A program made the position numbers and the translations under genes. Positions 53,034 through 64,000 of a DNA stretch of 64,000 nucleotides are shown here, piece by piece. Numbering within the stretch: the first letter of the stretch is position 1; each line of letters begins with the position of its first letter. The notes under the pieces were generated by a model, which had not been told where the DNA came from, did no database searches, and worked only from the letters and a program-made list of their open reading frames with translations. This stretch comes from the human T2T-CHM13v2.0 reference genome, Homo sapiens, in assembly GCA_009914755.4 (NCBI GenBank), contig CP068257.2, positions 14,400,001 to 14,464,000 of the forward strand. Direction: 5' to 3'.

Positions 53034-53662
53034 CACTTTGGTGTGTCTCTTAACAAAGTCTTTTCATCTCAAGCTCCCTGATATATGTGGAATTTGTCCA
53101 CCCCTCTCTGCCTCTGTTTTCTCTCGTAGCTTCTATCATTCCCAGCGTGAACTATAACCTCCTAACTGGTGTCTTCACTTGTGTTCTGTTTCCCTATTGT
53201 TGATTCACCGCATATCATTTAAAAGATGTTTTACAAATGAAAATCTGAGCATTCCTGTTGCTTAAAAATATTTGGTGGCTACCTCAAATCCTTAATATTT
53301 CTAATCTTCATGATTATGTTCCTGAAAATACTCTCTAGCCGCATTCATTTACTAGATCATTAGATTTTGTGTGTTTTTGGCTGTCATCATAGTAAGATAT
53401 TTGTGTCATCAGTACATATACACACACATACACACACGTGCCTAAAACAAAAGTTTCACAAAAATACCTACCTTTTCTACACACACATATCCACGTACCT
53501 ATGTGACATAGATGTATAATATATGTGTGAATATTTAGTATATATTACTCCCCATTACATGGGACCAGGAAATATGTTTGTCCTATTTGGGTACTTATGG
53601 CCAACATTTTGAATTTTGCCCAGTACAGAATAGGTACTCAGGATATATTTGTTTTTAAGAAC

Positions 53663-53750
53663 CCATAAGCTAAAATAAACTTTACAAAAGAATGCTATGT
53701 TAAGAAGCCATAAGCTAAAATAATCTTCATAAAAGAATGCTATATAAGTG
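53663..53750. repeat. ~44-bp tandem duplication (x2)
   Basis: cccataagctaaaataaactttacaaaagaatgctatgttaag then aagccataagctaaaataatcttcataaaagaatgctatataag. Confidence 0.7.
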
Positions 53751-55189
53751 TTTCACCCTCAGGAGTTTCCAATAAAATAATTTTTTGTAGGAAAAGCAAA
53801 GCTAAGAAAATATTCTCTATTTCTATTTATTGATGTGATTTTATGTGTTAACTAAATGTCACACTTATAATAATTTTCCTTTGAAATCAATAATAGTAGT
53901 TATTTCAGTGATAGAGTTTCACATATTGCAGATTTTAATATATACTATACAAATGTAGGAAAACAAACCACATTAAAAAATGTATGTGTTGCTTTGTTTA
54001 AGGTAGAACATTACATTCATTTTGTTCTGATATGTTTGGCTTTAGGCAGAGATATATTTTCATTTACTAGACAAGATTCATCATTGTAGAATCCATTAAC
54101 TAGGCACTGAGTACCTAAAAGCTTTAGGTGTTTAGAGGATGTTTGGAAAACTGATGAAATGGGAATCTGAGCTGCACAGGTAGGATCCATTTAATTTGGG
54201 GCATGCAGGAGTCAGCCTTAAGGGAGATTCATTATGATGGTTAATAAAACCATCTAGCATATGTAATTGGTGTGGGATTGTATTGATAAACTTCCTTTCT
54301 AGAGTATTTGAGCTGGCTATTGAGCCTTTCAGCTTTCAATGTTGGATAAAATTTATATTAGCCTCAAGCATTAAAACCAAGTAGCTTCATGTGTTTACTA
54401 TTTGTTGGTCTTTATACAGTCCAACTTTATACCAGGATTTGAATAAGGCAAAAGTGCATTATTTAATCTTCAGAGATATCAACATATATCCAGTATGGTG
54501 ATTGATAGATTTCCTAAAGTCATCTATTATTTGCTTTTCTTAATATCAACTGTGGCTATTGTCTCTTCTAAAATTATTTAAAAGAAGAATAGGATTATTT
54601 CTTAGTGCTTTTTTATAATTAAAAAAACAAAAGGAAAATAGACTCAAAAATTGATAGTAGTTGGGGTCCAATCTTTGCATTTTTCTATTAAACTCTTGAA
54701 CTCATATGGATAACATGTTCTTCTTACAATTACTTACTAGTTAGGAATCGACTAAGTTGCAATGAAGAGATTTTTAAATTATGGAAATTTGAAAGAATTC
54801 TTGAAAACAGTTATTTTAACAATTATCCCAGTAAATTGAAATAATTTATAGCATGCTTTTCTATTTCCTGCCCAGCCTTTAAACTTTTATTTTGCAGTAA
54901 TGGTATTATTTTTCTTTCTCAGCAAGATATGGAGATGATAATTGTTTATTCCAGCCATGATCTTCATATTTGTGATCCTTCCCTGACCAGCTGTGCTAGA
55001 GTATGTTGTTAGTGCTATTCTGGGAATCATGTAAAAGACTTGGTCACTTAATGTCAGGAGGTGATCTTGGATAAAGTCACTTAGAAAAAGGACAAGGCAA
55101 CTCCTAATCTTAAGAAAAAACAGATGAATAAGAGTATAATATATACTCAGTATATAACAGCTGCCTTTTCTCTCAATCTTGCCAGCATT

Positions 55190-57450
55190 TGATATTTTTT
55201 TTTTGGTCTTTTTGCTAGCCATTCTATTTGTAGTTCTCTGATGATTAGAAACATTGAGCATTTTTTTCATATACCTCTTGGTCATCTTTATGTCCTCTTT
55301 TGAGAAATGTGCACTCAGATCCTTTGCCCACTTTGTAGTAGGATTATTTGTTTATTTTTTGCTGTTGAATTATTTGAGTTCCTTGTATATTCTTGATATT
55401 AGTCCCTTGATGGACACATAGTTTGCAAATATTTTCTCCCATCCTACAGATAGTGCAATGCCTCCAGCTATATTCTTCTTGCTTAGGATTGCTTTGGCTG
55501 TTCAGGGTATTTTGTAGTTATGTACACATTTTAGGATTGTTTTTTCCATTTCTGTGAAGAGCATTATTGGTATTTTAATAGGAATTGAATTGAACCTGCA
55601 GATTGCTTTGGGTAGTATTGTCATTTTCATGGTATTAATTATTGTGGTCCATAATCATGGGCTATCTTTCCATTTGTTTGTGTCCTCTTCGATCACTTTA
55701 ATCAGTGTTTTCTACTTTTTTTGATAGCGGTCTCTCACCTCGTTGGATAAATGTATTCCTAGGTATTTTTTTGGTAGCTATTATAAATGAGATTGCTTTC
55801 CAGATTCTTTTTCAGCTGGTTTATTATTGGTTTTAAGGAATCCTATTGATTTTTATATTTTGATTTTGTATCCTACAATTGTACTGATTTTGTTATCAGT
55901 TTTAAGGGGTTTTGTTGCAGTCTTCAGGTTTTTCTAGATATAAGATCATGTTGCCTGCAAAGAGGGACACTTTGACTTCCTCTTTTCCAGTTTGGATTCT
56001 TTTTATTTTTCTCTTGCTTGATTGCTCTGTCTAGGACTTTCAGTACTATGCTAAATAGGAGTGGTTAAAGTGTGCATTCTTATCTTGTTTCCAGTTCTTG
56101 AGGAAAGGCTTTCAGCTTTTTCCTATTCAGTGTAATGTTAGCTATGGGTTTTATCATATATGGCCTTTATTGTGTTGAGATATTTTCCTTCTGTGCTTAA
56201 TTTGTTGAAGGTTTTTATTAGGAAGGTATGTTTGATTTTATCAAATGCTTTTTCCTGCATCTATTGAGATGATCAGATAGTTCTTGTCCTTTATTCTATT
56301 GATTTGATGTATCAGATTTGTCAACGTGCCTATGTTGAACCATCCTTGCATCTGTGGGATAAATTCCATTAGATTTTGGCACATTATCTTTTTAACATGT
56401 TGTAAGATTTAGTTTGCTAGTATTTTGTTGAGGATTTTTGCATCAATATTCATCAGGGATATTGGCCTGTGATTTTCTTTTGTTGTTGTTGTTGTGTCTT
56501 TGTCTGGTTTTGTTTTCAGGCTAATACTGGCCTTATAGAGTGAGTTAGAAAGAATTCCCTCTTTTTAATTTTTTGGAATAGTTTTAGAAGAATTGGAGTT
56601 AGTTTTTCTTCAAATGTTTGGAAGAATTCAGCAATAAAGCCATCAGTCCTGGGCTTTTCTTTGTTAGGAGACTCTTTATTACTTATTCAATCTTGTTACT
56701 AATTAATGGTTTGTTCAGGTTTTCTATTTCTTCCTGGTTCAATATTGGTAGGTTGTATGTGTTCAGGAACATATCCATTTCCTCTAGGTTTTCCAATCTG
56801 TTGCCATGTAGTTGTTCATAATAATCTCGAATAATCTTTCTTATTTCTGTGGTATCAGTTGTAATGTATTTTTTGTTTCTGATCTTATTTTATTTTCTTT
56901 CTCTTTTCTTAATCTAGCTAGCAGTTTATCAATTTTATCTTTTTTAAAAAAACAACTCTTCACTTTATCTTTGTATTTTTTTAGTCTATACTTTGTTTAG
57001 TTCTGCTCTGATCTTTACTATTTATTTTCGTCTAATTTTGAGATTAGTTTTTTCTTGCTGTCCTAGCTTCTTGAGGTGCATAATTAGGCTGTTTATTTGA
57101 AATCTGTCTACTTTATTGATGTAGGTGTTTATTGCTACAAGCTTCCCTCTTAGCATTGCTTTTGTTGCATCTCATAGGTTTTGGGATGTTGTGTTTCCAT
57201 TTTCATATGTTTTAAGAAATTTTAAAATTCCTTCTTAATTTCTTCATTGATCAATGGTTGTTCAGGATTATGTTGCTTAATTTACACACATTTGTAAATT
57301 TCAAATGTGTTTCAAATTTCCTCTTGTCATTACTTTCTATTTTTTTCCATTGTCATTTGATAAGATGTTTGATATGACTTAGATTTTTAAAATTTTTTTG
57401 AGACTTTGTCTTGTGGCTTAATATGAGATCTATCCTGGACAAAAGCTCTA
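55190..57450 (-). mobile_element. L1 fragment (ORF2 region), antisense, lacking the 3' end, with an internal deletion relative to the copy at 59580
   Basis: ...ttgagcatttttttcatatacctcttggtcatctttatgtcctcttttgagaaatgtgcactcagatcctttgcccactttgtagtaggattatttgtt...gttccttgtatattcttgatattagtcccttgatggacacatagtttgcaaatattttctcccatcctacagatagtgc...cttgtttccagttcttgaggaaaggctttcagctttttcctattcagtgtaatgttagctatgggttt...tcaaatgctttttcctgcatctattgagatgatcagatagttcttgtcctttattctattgatttgatgtatcagatttgtcaacgtgcctatgttgaaccatccttgcatctgtgggataaattccattagattttggcacattatc...gaattcagcaataaagccatcagtcctgggcttttctttgttaggagactc, all colinear with antisense L1 ORF2. Confidence 0.85.
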
Positions 57451-59648
57451 GTTTCTTATAGGTGGACTGGAGACAGAAAAATCAGTCTTTGGCAAAGACA
57501 AACAGAGCAGATAAGTAGAAAGAAGTGAGCAATATTACAAATTCAGAAAGACAGAATGAGTTGCTGGTTTCATTGTTCCCCATGACTATGTTAATTCCTC
57601 TTGAAAGGTATGTGTATAATCTAGAAAACATGAGATATTTCTGAATCCAGAAATAGTAGGAGTAGCTTCCTGTTGCTAATGGCGCTGTGCTGTCAGCTTA
57701 CTAATCTTGGTTGCTAACAAATTATGTCAGTGATGTTGTGATCCTGGAGCAAGCTGTTATACTGAAACTTTCCAATTTTCCAGACAGCTTTCTGTCATAG
57801 AAGAGGCTGTAGTTTCCTCCATGGTGCACTTCTGAATTGTGACGTTAGGAGTTCTTCCTGAAGGCTCTGCCTAGAATATTTTTGTTCATTTCTCCCAGTG
57901 ATTCTGTAAGTCATTTAACACCCTGTGATACACAAGTTGGGTCTGAAAATACCAAGTGTGGATTATTTTCTCTGAAACTGAACTTTAACAAATACAATAA
58001 TTATAGCATTTAGAAAACTATAAGGTGATACTATGTATTTATTCATTCATATGTGCTTGAGAGTCATTGGTAAACAGACAATACCCTCATGGAATTTACA
58101 TGCTAGAGGAATAAGACAGACAATAAGCAATAAACAGAAAAGAATAAGTACATAATATATCATGTGAAAAGGTAGTAAGAGCTAAGAAAGAAGAAGTGGA
58201 AAGTGTATCTGTAGTTTTAAATAAGGTAGGCAGGGTAGGTGACATCTGAGCAAAGACTCAATTGAAGGAGATTTTGTATTGTTATTTCAATATTGTTTCA
58301 TTATACAAGCTTCAAGATGAAACTTCAGTTTCTCTTTAATATTTTATCTATAATAACACTATATAACCTTTTAAAAATTTCATATTTGTCTCATATTTGT
58401 CAAGTGTCTTCATTCATCTTCTTCAGATAACGGATATGCAGGCTTTAATACAAGTATTTGCGCAGATTATCAGGTGGTTAGATTTTCCTTTCTTATATCT
58501 CATTTACAGCCAGAGCAATTTAAGAGTAGGTTGAAACTGATAAGGAATTAAGTAAAGACCATTAGGTAACAGTTATAGAAGTAATACTTTAAATTTTGGC
58601 GATCATAACAATAACAAAAGAGAATTTTGCATAGGGTGAAAGTTTCAGATGATTATGAGTAGCAAGAAAGCTCAGAAATCATAAATGTTGACAATTCTTA
58701 GAACGTATGAATCTCTTACATAACAGCAAAGATCATTCCAATTTGTCAAAACCTCTCCAAATGGAACAGATATTTTATTTGTGATTTACTAAGGCCAATG
58801 AACATGAAGTTTTTACTTTCTTTGTTGTGGCCACTCCACCTTTATTTGCATGGCTTAAAGTTTTCACTAGATATTTTCGCCCTTTTATCACACGTCACAT
58901 TATTGACCAATAATGAACTTCAAATTTACTAAAAACCCTGTCATTGGTACTTACTCAACTGTGCCTTTCTACATATTTGAAATTTTAATTTTGCAAATTC
59001 TAATAGCTGAATTTTACTTTTTTCATTAAATTTTATCTTGTTAGATTGGAGTCATTTTTATGACTATTGAATCTAAGTAATCCCTGACTCTTTTGTCAGA
59101 TAAGCAATTTTTGGGTTCCCTTGTTGTCTTCTTTACATTCTTCTCTACTCTCATTCATGAGACTAATGAGTCTTCTTAAATGTATCAAAATGGAAGACTA
59201 AATCTGGCAGCAGACACCAGAAATGTTTCACTGACTGCCCATCAAAATCCCACACTCATAGGAATGATACTCTAGACATTTATACATCGCCCAGCCATTT
59301 GTACGTAAGAATGACCATTCTTCCATTTATACATTTACTGGTGTAAAGTAGTGTTCCCACTGAGTGAATGAACTTCTGTGTGATTCACTTGTGTATATTT
59401 GCTACAGCATTTTTTCTCTTTTTAAAGTGGAGTCATACCATAACCTTGAAATGCTATTAGGATTAAATAAAATAAGTTAGTAAAATAATCCCTAATATAT
59501 ATTAAATGTCTTATGAATTTAAGTTCTCATTTCTCACTTTCCCTTCTTTTTTGTTATATAAATGTCTTCTTTGAAGAAACGTTTATTCAGGTCGTTTGCC
59601 CATTTTTTTATTGAGTTGTGTGAGTTCTTTATAAATTTTGGATATTAA

Positions 59649-60084
<436 letters not shown>

Positions 60085-60428
60085 ATTTTGTCTTGTTTTG
60101 TTTGCTTTTGTTGCCTAAGCTTTTGGTATAATATCCAAAACGTCATTGCCAAGGCCAACCCCAAGGAGCTTTTTCCTAATTTTCTTCTTGTAGTTTTATA
60201 ATTTCAGGTTTTACATTTAGGTCTGTTATTTATTTTGATTTGATTTTTTGTATATGGTATAATATAAGGGTCCAATTTTAGTGTTTTGCATGTGGATATC
60301 CAGTTTTTTCATCACTATTTATTGAAGAAACTATCCTTTTCCTATAGTGTCTTCTTGGTGACCTGTCAAAAATTAGTTAATCATATATGCCTGGGTTTAT
60401 TTTTGCACTCTCTATGCTGTTCCATTGA

Positions 60429-60785
<357 letters not shown>

Positions 60786-61039
60786 CATACTGTTTTACAT
60801 ACTATAGCTTTGTAATATAATTTAAAATTAGGCAGTTTAATGCCTCCAACTTTGTTTTTATTTCTCAAGTTTGCTTTGGCTATTCAGTGTCTTTTGCAGT
60901 TCTATATAATATTAGCATTTTTTTCCATTTCTGTGAAAAATATGGAAATTTTGATAGAGATCGTATTGAACCTATAGATAGCTTTAGGTAGTACAAATAT
61001 TTTGGCAATACTTACTTTTCCAATCTTGTCCAAAGTGAA

Positions 61040-61235
61040 AAGGAAGAAGCAAAATTATCCCTTTTAGCAGATGACATAGCCCTGTATATAGAAATCTTTG
61101 ATGAATCCACAAAAAACTGTTAGAACTAATAAATGAATTCAGTAAATTTTCAGAATTCAAAATCAACATAGGAAAATCAGGTGCATTTCTTTACACCAAC
61201 ATGAAACAAAAATATTGAAAATGTATTTTTTCTTT
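61040..61235 (+). mobile_element. short L1 ORF2 fragment in sense orientation, abutting the antisense L1
   Basis: gcagatgacatagccctgtatatagaaatctttgatgaatccacaaaaaactgttagaactaataaatgaattcagtaaattttcagaattcaaaatcaacataggaaaatcaggtgcatttctttacaccaacatgaaacaaaaatattgaaa translates to [48 protein letters not shown], which is the L1 ORF2 reverse-transcriptase segment ...[45 protein letters not shown]. Confidence 0.65.
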
Positions 61236-62199
61236 CAAAACTTTTACTCACTTTCTCATCTTACAGCAATTGATTATTAACTGAAAATCCCAAGGCACCT
61301 AACCTCATAGCCTTATTTATTTTCTAATTATTTTATTATTGAAAAATTAATACATGAACAATCAGACATACAATGAAAATAAATCTCACTCTTTGCTATA
61401 GAACCTCCATCCCTCTCCTCCTAGCAAAATAAAATAAGATTTTATTATGCTAGACCAGAACTATCTAGTGGTCTTGGAAGTCACTAAACTGTAAAAGGAG
61501 GGGAAAACGACATAAAGATAAAGAAGATAATCTGCTAACTTTGTTGCTTTCCTAAACTGAGACTTTAATTAAAACAATTAGACCTTGGGAATTTAGCCTA
61601 TCAGTCTCTTATATATTGACCGAACAATGTCAGATATAGACATTGGTTTGCAGATTAAGTTCCTACAAACATATGATTAAGAACCCCTTTAAATATGCTC
61701 TTTTGTATGAAGCACTTTTCAGCATAGGTACACTATTTTTTTGTTTTAAATTTATAAAATAGAACCTCATTTTGTTTGTTTTCAAATAGAGCTCAAGCAA
61801 AGAGGTTGCCATGATTCTTACAGGATCAGAAATAGAGAAAGCAGAATCAGATTGAAGAGAGTGGTTGGCTGAGATACATTTATCAATTTGATTGAAGAGA
61901 CACTACAGTTGTATTGTTTAACATGATGGTTTTTGGAAGTACAATATCAGGATAAACCATAATAGGTATCTCATTCTAGAAACCATCTTTGCAAAATAGT
62001 TTTTCCAAAGTCTAGGGAATTAATTCATTATGGATTTGTGTTTTGATTAGTTAAAAATAGTATTGTATTTATCAGTTATAGGTACAAACTGGGAGATTCT
62101 TCGTTTGATTTACTGGTTTTAAAACAAAGATCTTTGGAAAGATTTATCTTTCTAAAACAACAGAAAAGAAAGGGAAGATGGGGGAATACGTGGTGTCTT

Positions 62200-62590
62200 A
62201 GCCTGTTTTGTGTTGCTATAACAGAATATCAAAGATTGGGTAACATATAAAGGAAAGACATCTATTTTTTACAATCTGGAGGGTGGGAGTCCAATAGCCG
62301 GGTGCTGGCATTGAGGAGGGCCTTTTTGCTGTGTCATCTCATGGCAGAAGGCCGAACAGCAAAAGAGCACAAGTGCTCATGAGAGAGAGGAAGGAGGCCA
62401 AACTCATCCTTTTATCAGGAACTCACTCCTGTGATAATGGACCCAATCCGATGATAAGGGCATTAATCTATTCATGAGGGCAAAACGCTCATGACCTAAT
62501 TACCAATTAAAAGTCTCACCTCCTAACACTGTTGCATTGGGGATTAAGTTTACAGCACATGAACTTTGGGGGACACATTCAACCCATAGT
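62200..62590 (-). mobile_element. ERVL-MaLR-type LTR (MST/MLT1-like)
   Basis: tgtcttagcctgttttgtgttgctataacagaatatcaaagattgggtaacatataaaggaaagacatctattttttacaatctggagggtgggagtccaatagccgggtgctggc...tcatggcagaaggccgaacagcaaaagagcacaagtgctcatgagagagaggaaggaggccaaactcatcc...ggcattaatctattcatgagggcaaaacgctcatgacctaattacc...ctcctaacactgttgcattggggattaagtttacagcacatgaactttgggggacacattcaacccatagtgtatag. Same architecture as 2121-2755. Confidence 0.6.
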
Positions 62591-64000
62591 GTATAGTATT
62601 CAAGTAAAATCTGAATTCATTCTTATTCAGTTAGAAAGTCAAACCAAAACATTTCCACCAATTCATTAAATATTTTTTTGGCCATTTTTTCTGACTTTTC
62701 AATTTTATATCTTAACCAGAAAGGGATTGATCTAAACAAACCTTAAAACACAAAGTGAATTTTGACAAAGTTTATGAGTGTTTGCATATTTTCTACAAGG
62801 TTGTATTTCTTCTTCCATCCACTTTTAAATTAATTAAATACATCTCTTTCTTTCAATAATTTATTCAACAAATATTTACTGAGATTTCACAATATTCTAG
62901 GCACTGTGAATACAAATAAGAAAAAGCTGTTTGCCGTCATGAAGCAAACAGGAGGAAGAACGATGATCACCATACATACCAGTAAAACATATAAGGAGAC
63001 AGATGCTGATAAGTACAATGGAGAAAAATGGAGCAAGAAAGAGAGAAAAGGGATTGGAATGACGGGCTATTTCAAACAGGTTGGTTTGGAAAGACTTGAG
63101 TGGAGACTTAACAGAGGTGAGAGAGTGATGCAGTGCTGAGGAGGAAGGCTTTGCATGAAAGAGAATAGCAAGGGCAGGCCCTGACACCAAAGAGGGCTTG
63201 GCAAGTTTAAGTAACAGCAAGATGGCCAACGTGGTTGTAAGGAAGAGCTGCCAAGGTGGACTCAAAGAAATAGCCAGGGTCAAACTGCGGAGGGTCCTGT
63301 AGGCCACTGTCAGCACATTGACTTTTATTCTGAGGATCTGAAGAAGTGACATTATCTCACATATTTTAGAAGAGTCAACCTGGCTGTTGCATTGAGTGTA
63401 GAGCACAGAAGCAGACATGAGGGTAAAACTAGAGAGACACACACACAATTGATCATCAATATTTGCAGGTTTCATATTTGTGAATTTCCCTACTTGGTAA
63501 TAACCCCCAAATCTATACTTCATACATGCATTACAACACATGCATGTACAATGTGTTGAAAAATTTGAGATGCACAATGCACATGTTCGAACAAGGTGAT
63601 TCTCTGCCCTGCTTTCTGGTTTTAGCTCTCATGCAGTAAACAAGTGTCCTTATTGCAGTCTATCTGGGGCCACATTTATTTTTGCATTTTCATGGGATTT
63701 TGTTGTTTAAAATTGCCCTGATGCAAAGTGCTGAAGTGCTGTCTAGTGTTGCTAAGTGCAAGAAGCTGTGATGTGCCTTACAGAGAAAGTATGTGTGTTA
63801 GGTCAATTTCATTCAGACATAAGTGATAGAACTGTTGATTATGAATTTAAAGTTAATGAATCAACAATGCAGTATGCCCCAAAAATAGAGGAAATTCACT
63901 AATATGCACATCAGGCCACAAAAATGATAAATTAACACTTATGTATTGAAGCTATGGAAAAAAACTAAATTTGTGAATTCATAAGATGATGACCAATAGA

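Noticed and set aside
62897-63577. 226-aa ORF on the minus strand
   Set aside because: It lies inside an ancient interspersed repeat of the family that also occurs at ~57960-58300 (motifs aatatttactgag...ctaggcactgtg...ggtgacatctgagcaaagac). It has low-complexity composition and no recognisable protein family, so it is most likely a repeat-derived open frame.

Overview
This window reads as primate, almost certainly human, nuclear DNA, and I found no prokaryotic system, CRISPR array, tRNA, rRNA or convincing protein-coding exon in it. It is AT-rich (roughly 36-40% GC by eye, not computed) and dominated by interspersed repeats. I count twelve Alu SINEs, eight with target-site duplications visible in the sequence. 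There are at least seven L1 fragments, including one roughly 5.8 kb antisense copy with two nested Alus and an internal 170-bp duplication that is about 97% identical. There are also MaLR-type LTRs (including a clean THE1-like solo LTR with an imperfect 5-bp TSD), MIR fragments, and several tetra- and dinucleotide microsatellites. A 27-bp minisatellite of about 32 copies has grown out of L1 ORF2 sequence at 5578-6447 and produces the longest ORFs in the supplied track on both strands; these are not genes. The most interesting part is the centre of the window, roughly 22.0-38.8 kb. It is a block of about 17 kb with no Alu or L1, in which many CpG dinucleotides survive in AT-rich context. Within it, at 25.8-26.8 kb, there is a CCAAT / inverted-CCAAT / TATA module and further NF-Y-type Y-boxes, a palindromic kappaB-like GGGGGGTTCCCCCC site, TAATTA homeodomain-type motifs and two long poly-C tracts. 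I read this as a candidate promoter or conserved-noncoding-element cluster, for example of a lncRNA or a developmental-gene regulatory landscape, but that is inference from sequence alone. I also flag an inverted-repeat/direct-repeat structure (40.4-41.6 kb), a GC-rich block with a 70-bp tandem repeat (15.2-17.0 kb) and a CpG-retaining non-repeat segment (49.7-51.0 kb). Coordinates of ancient repeats are approximate, within tens of bp.
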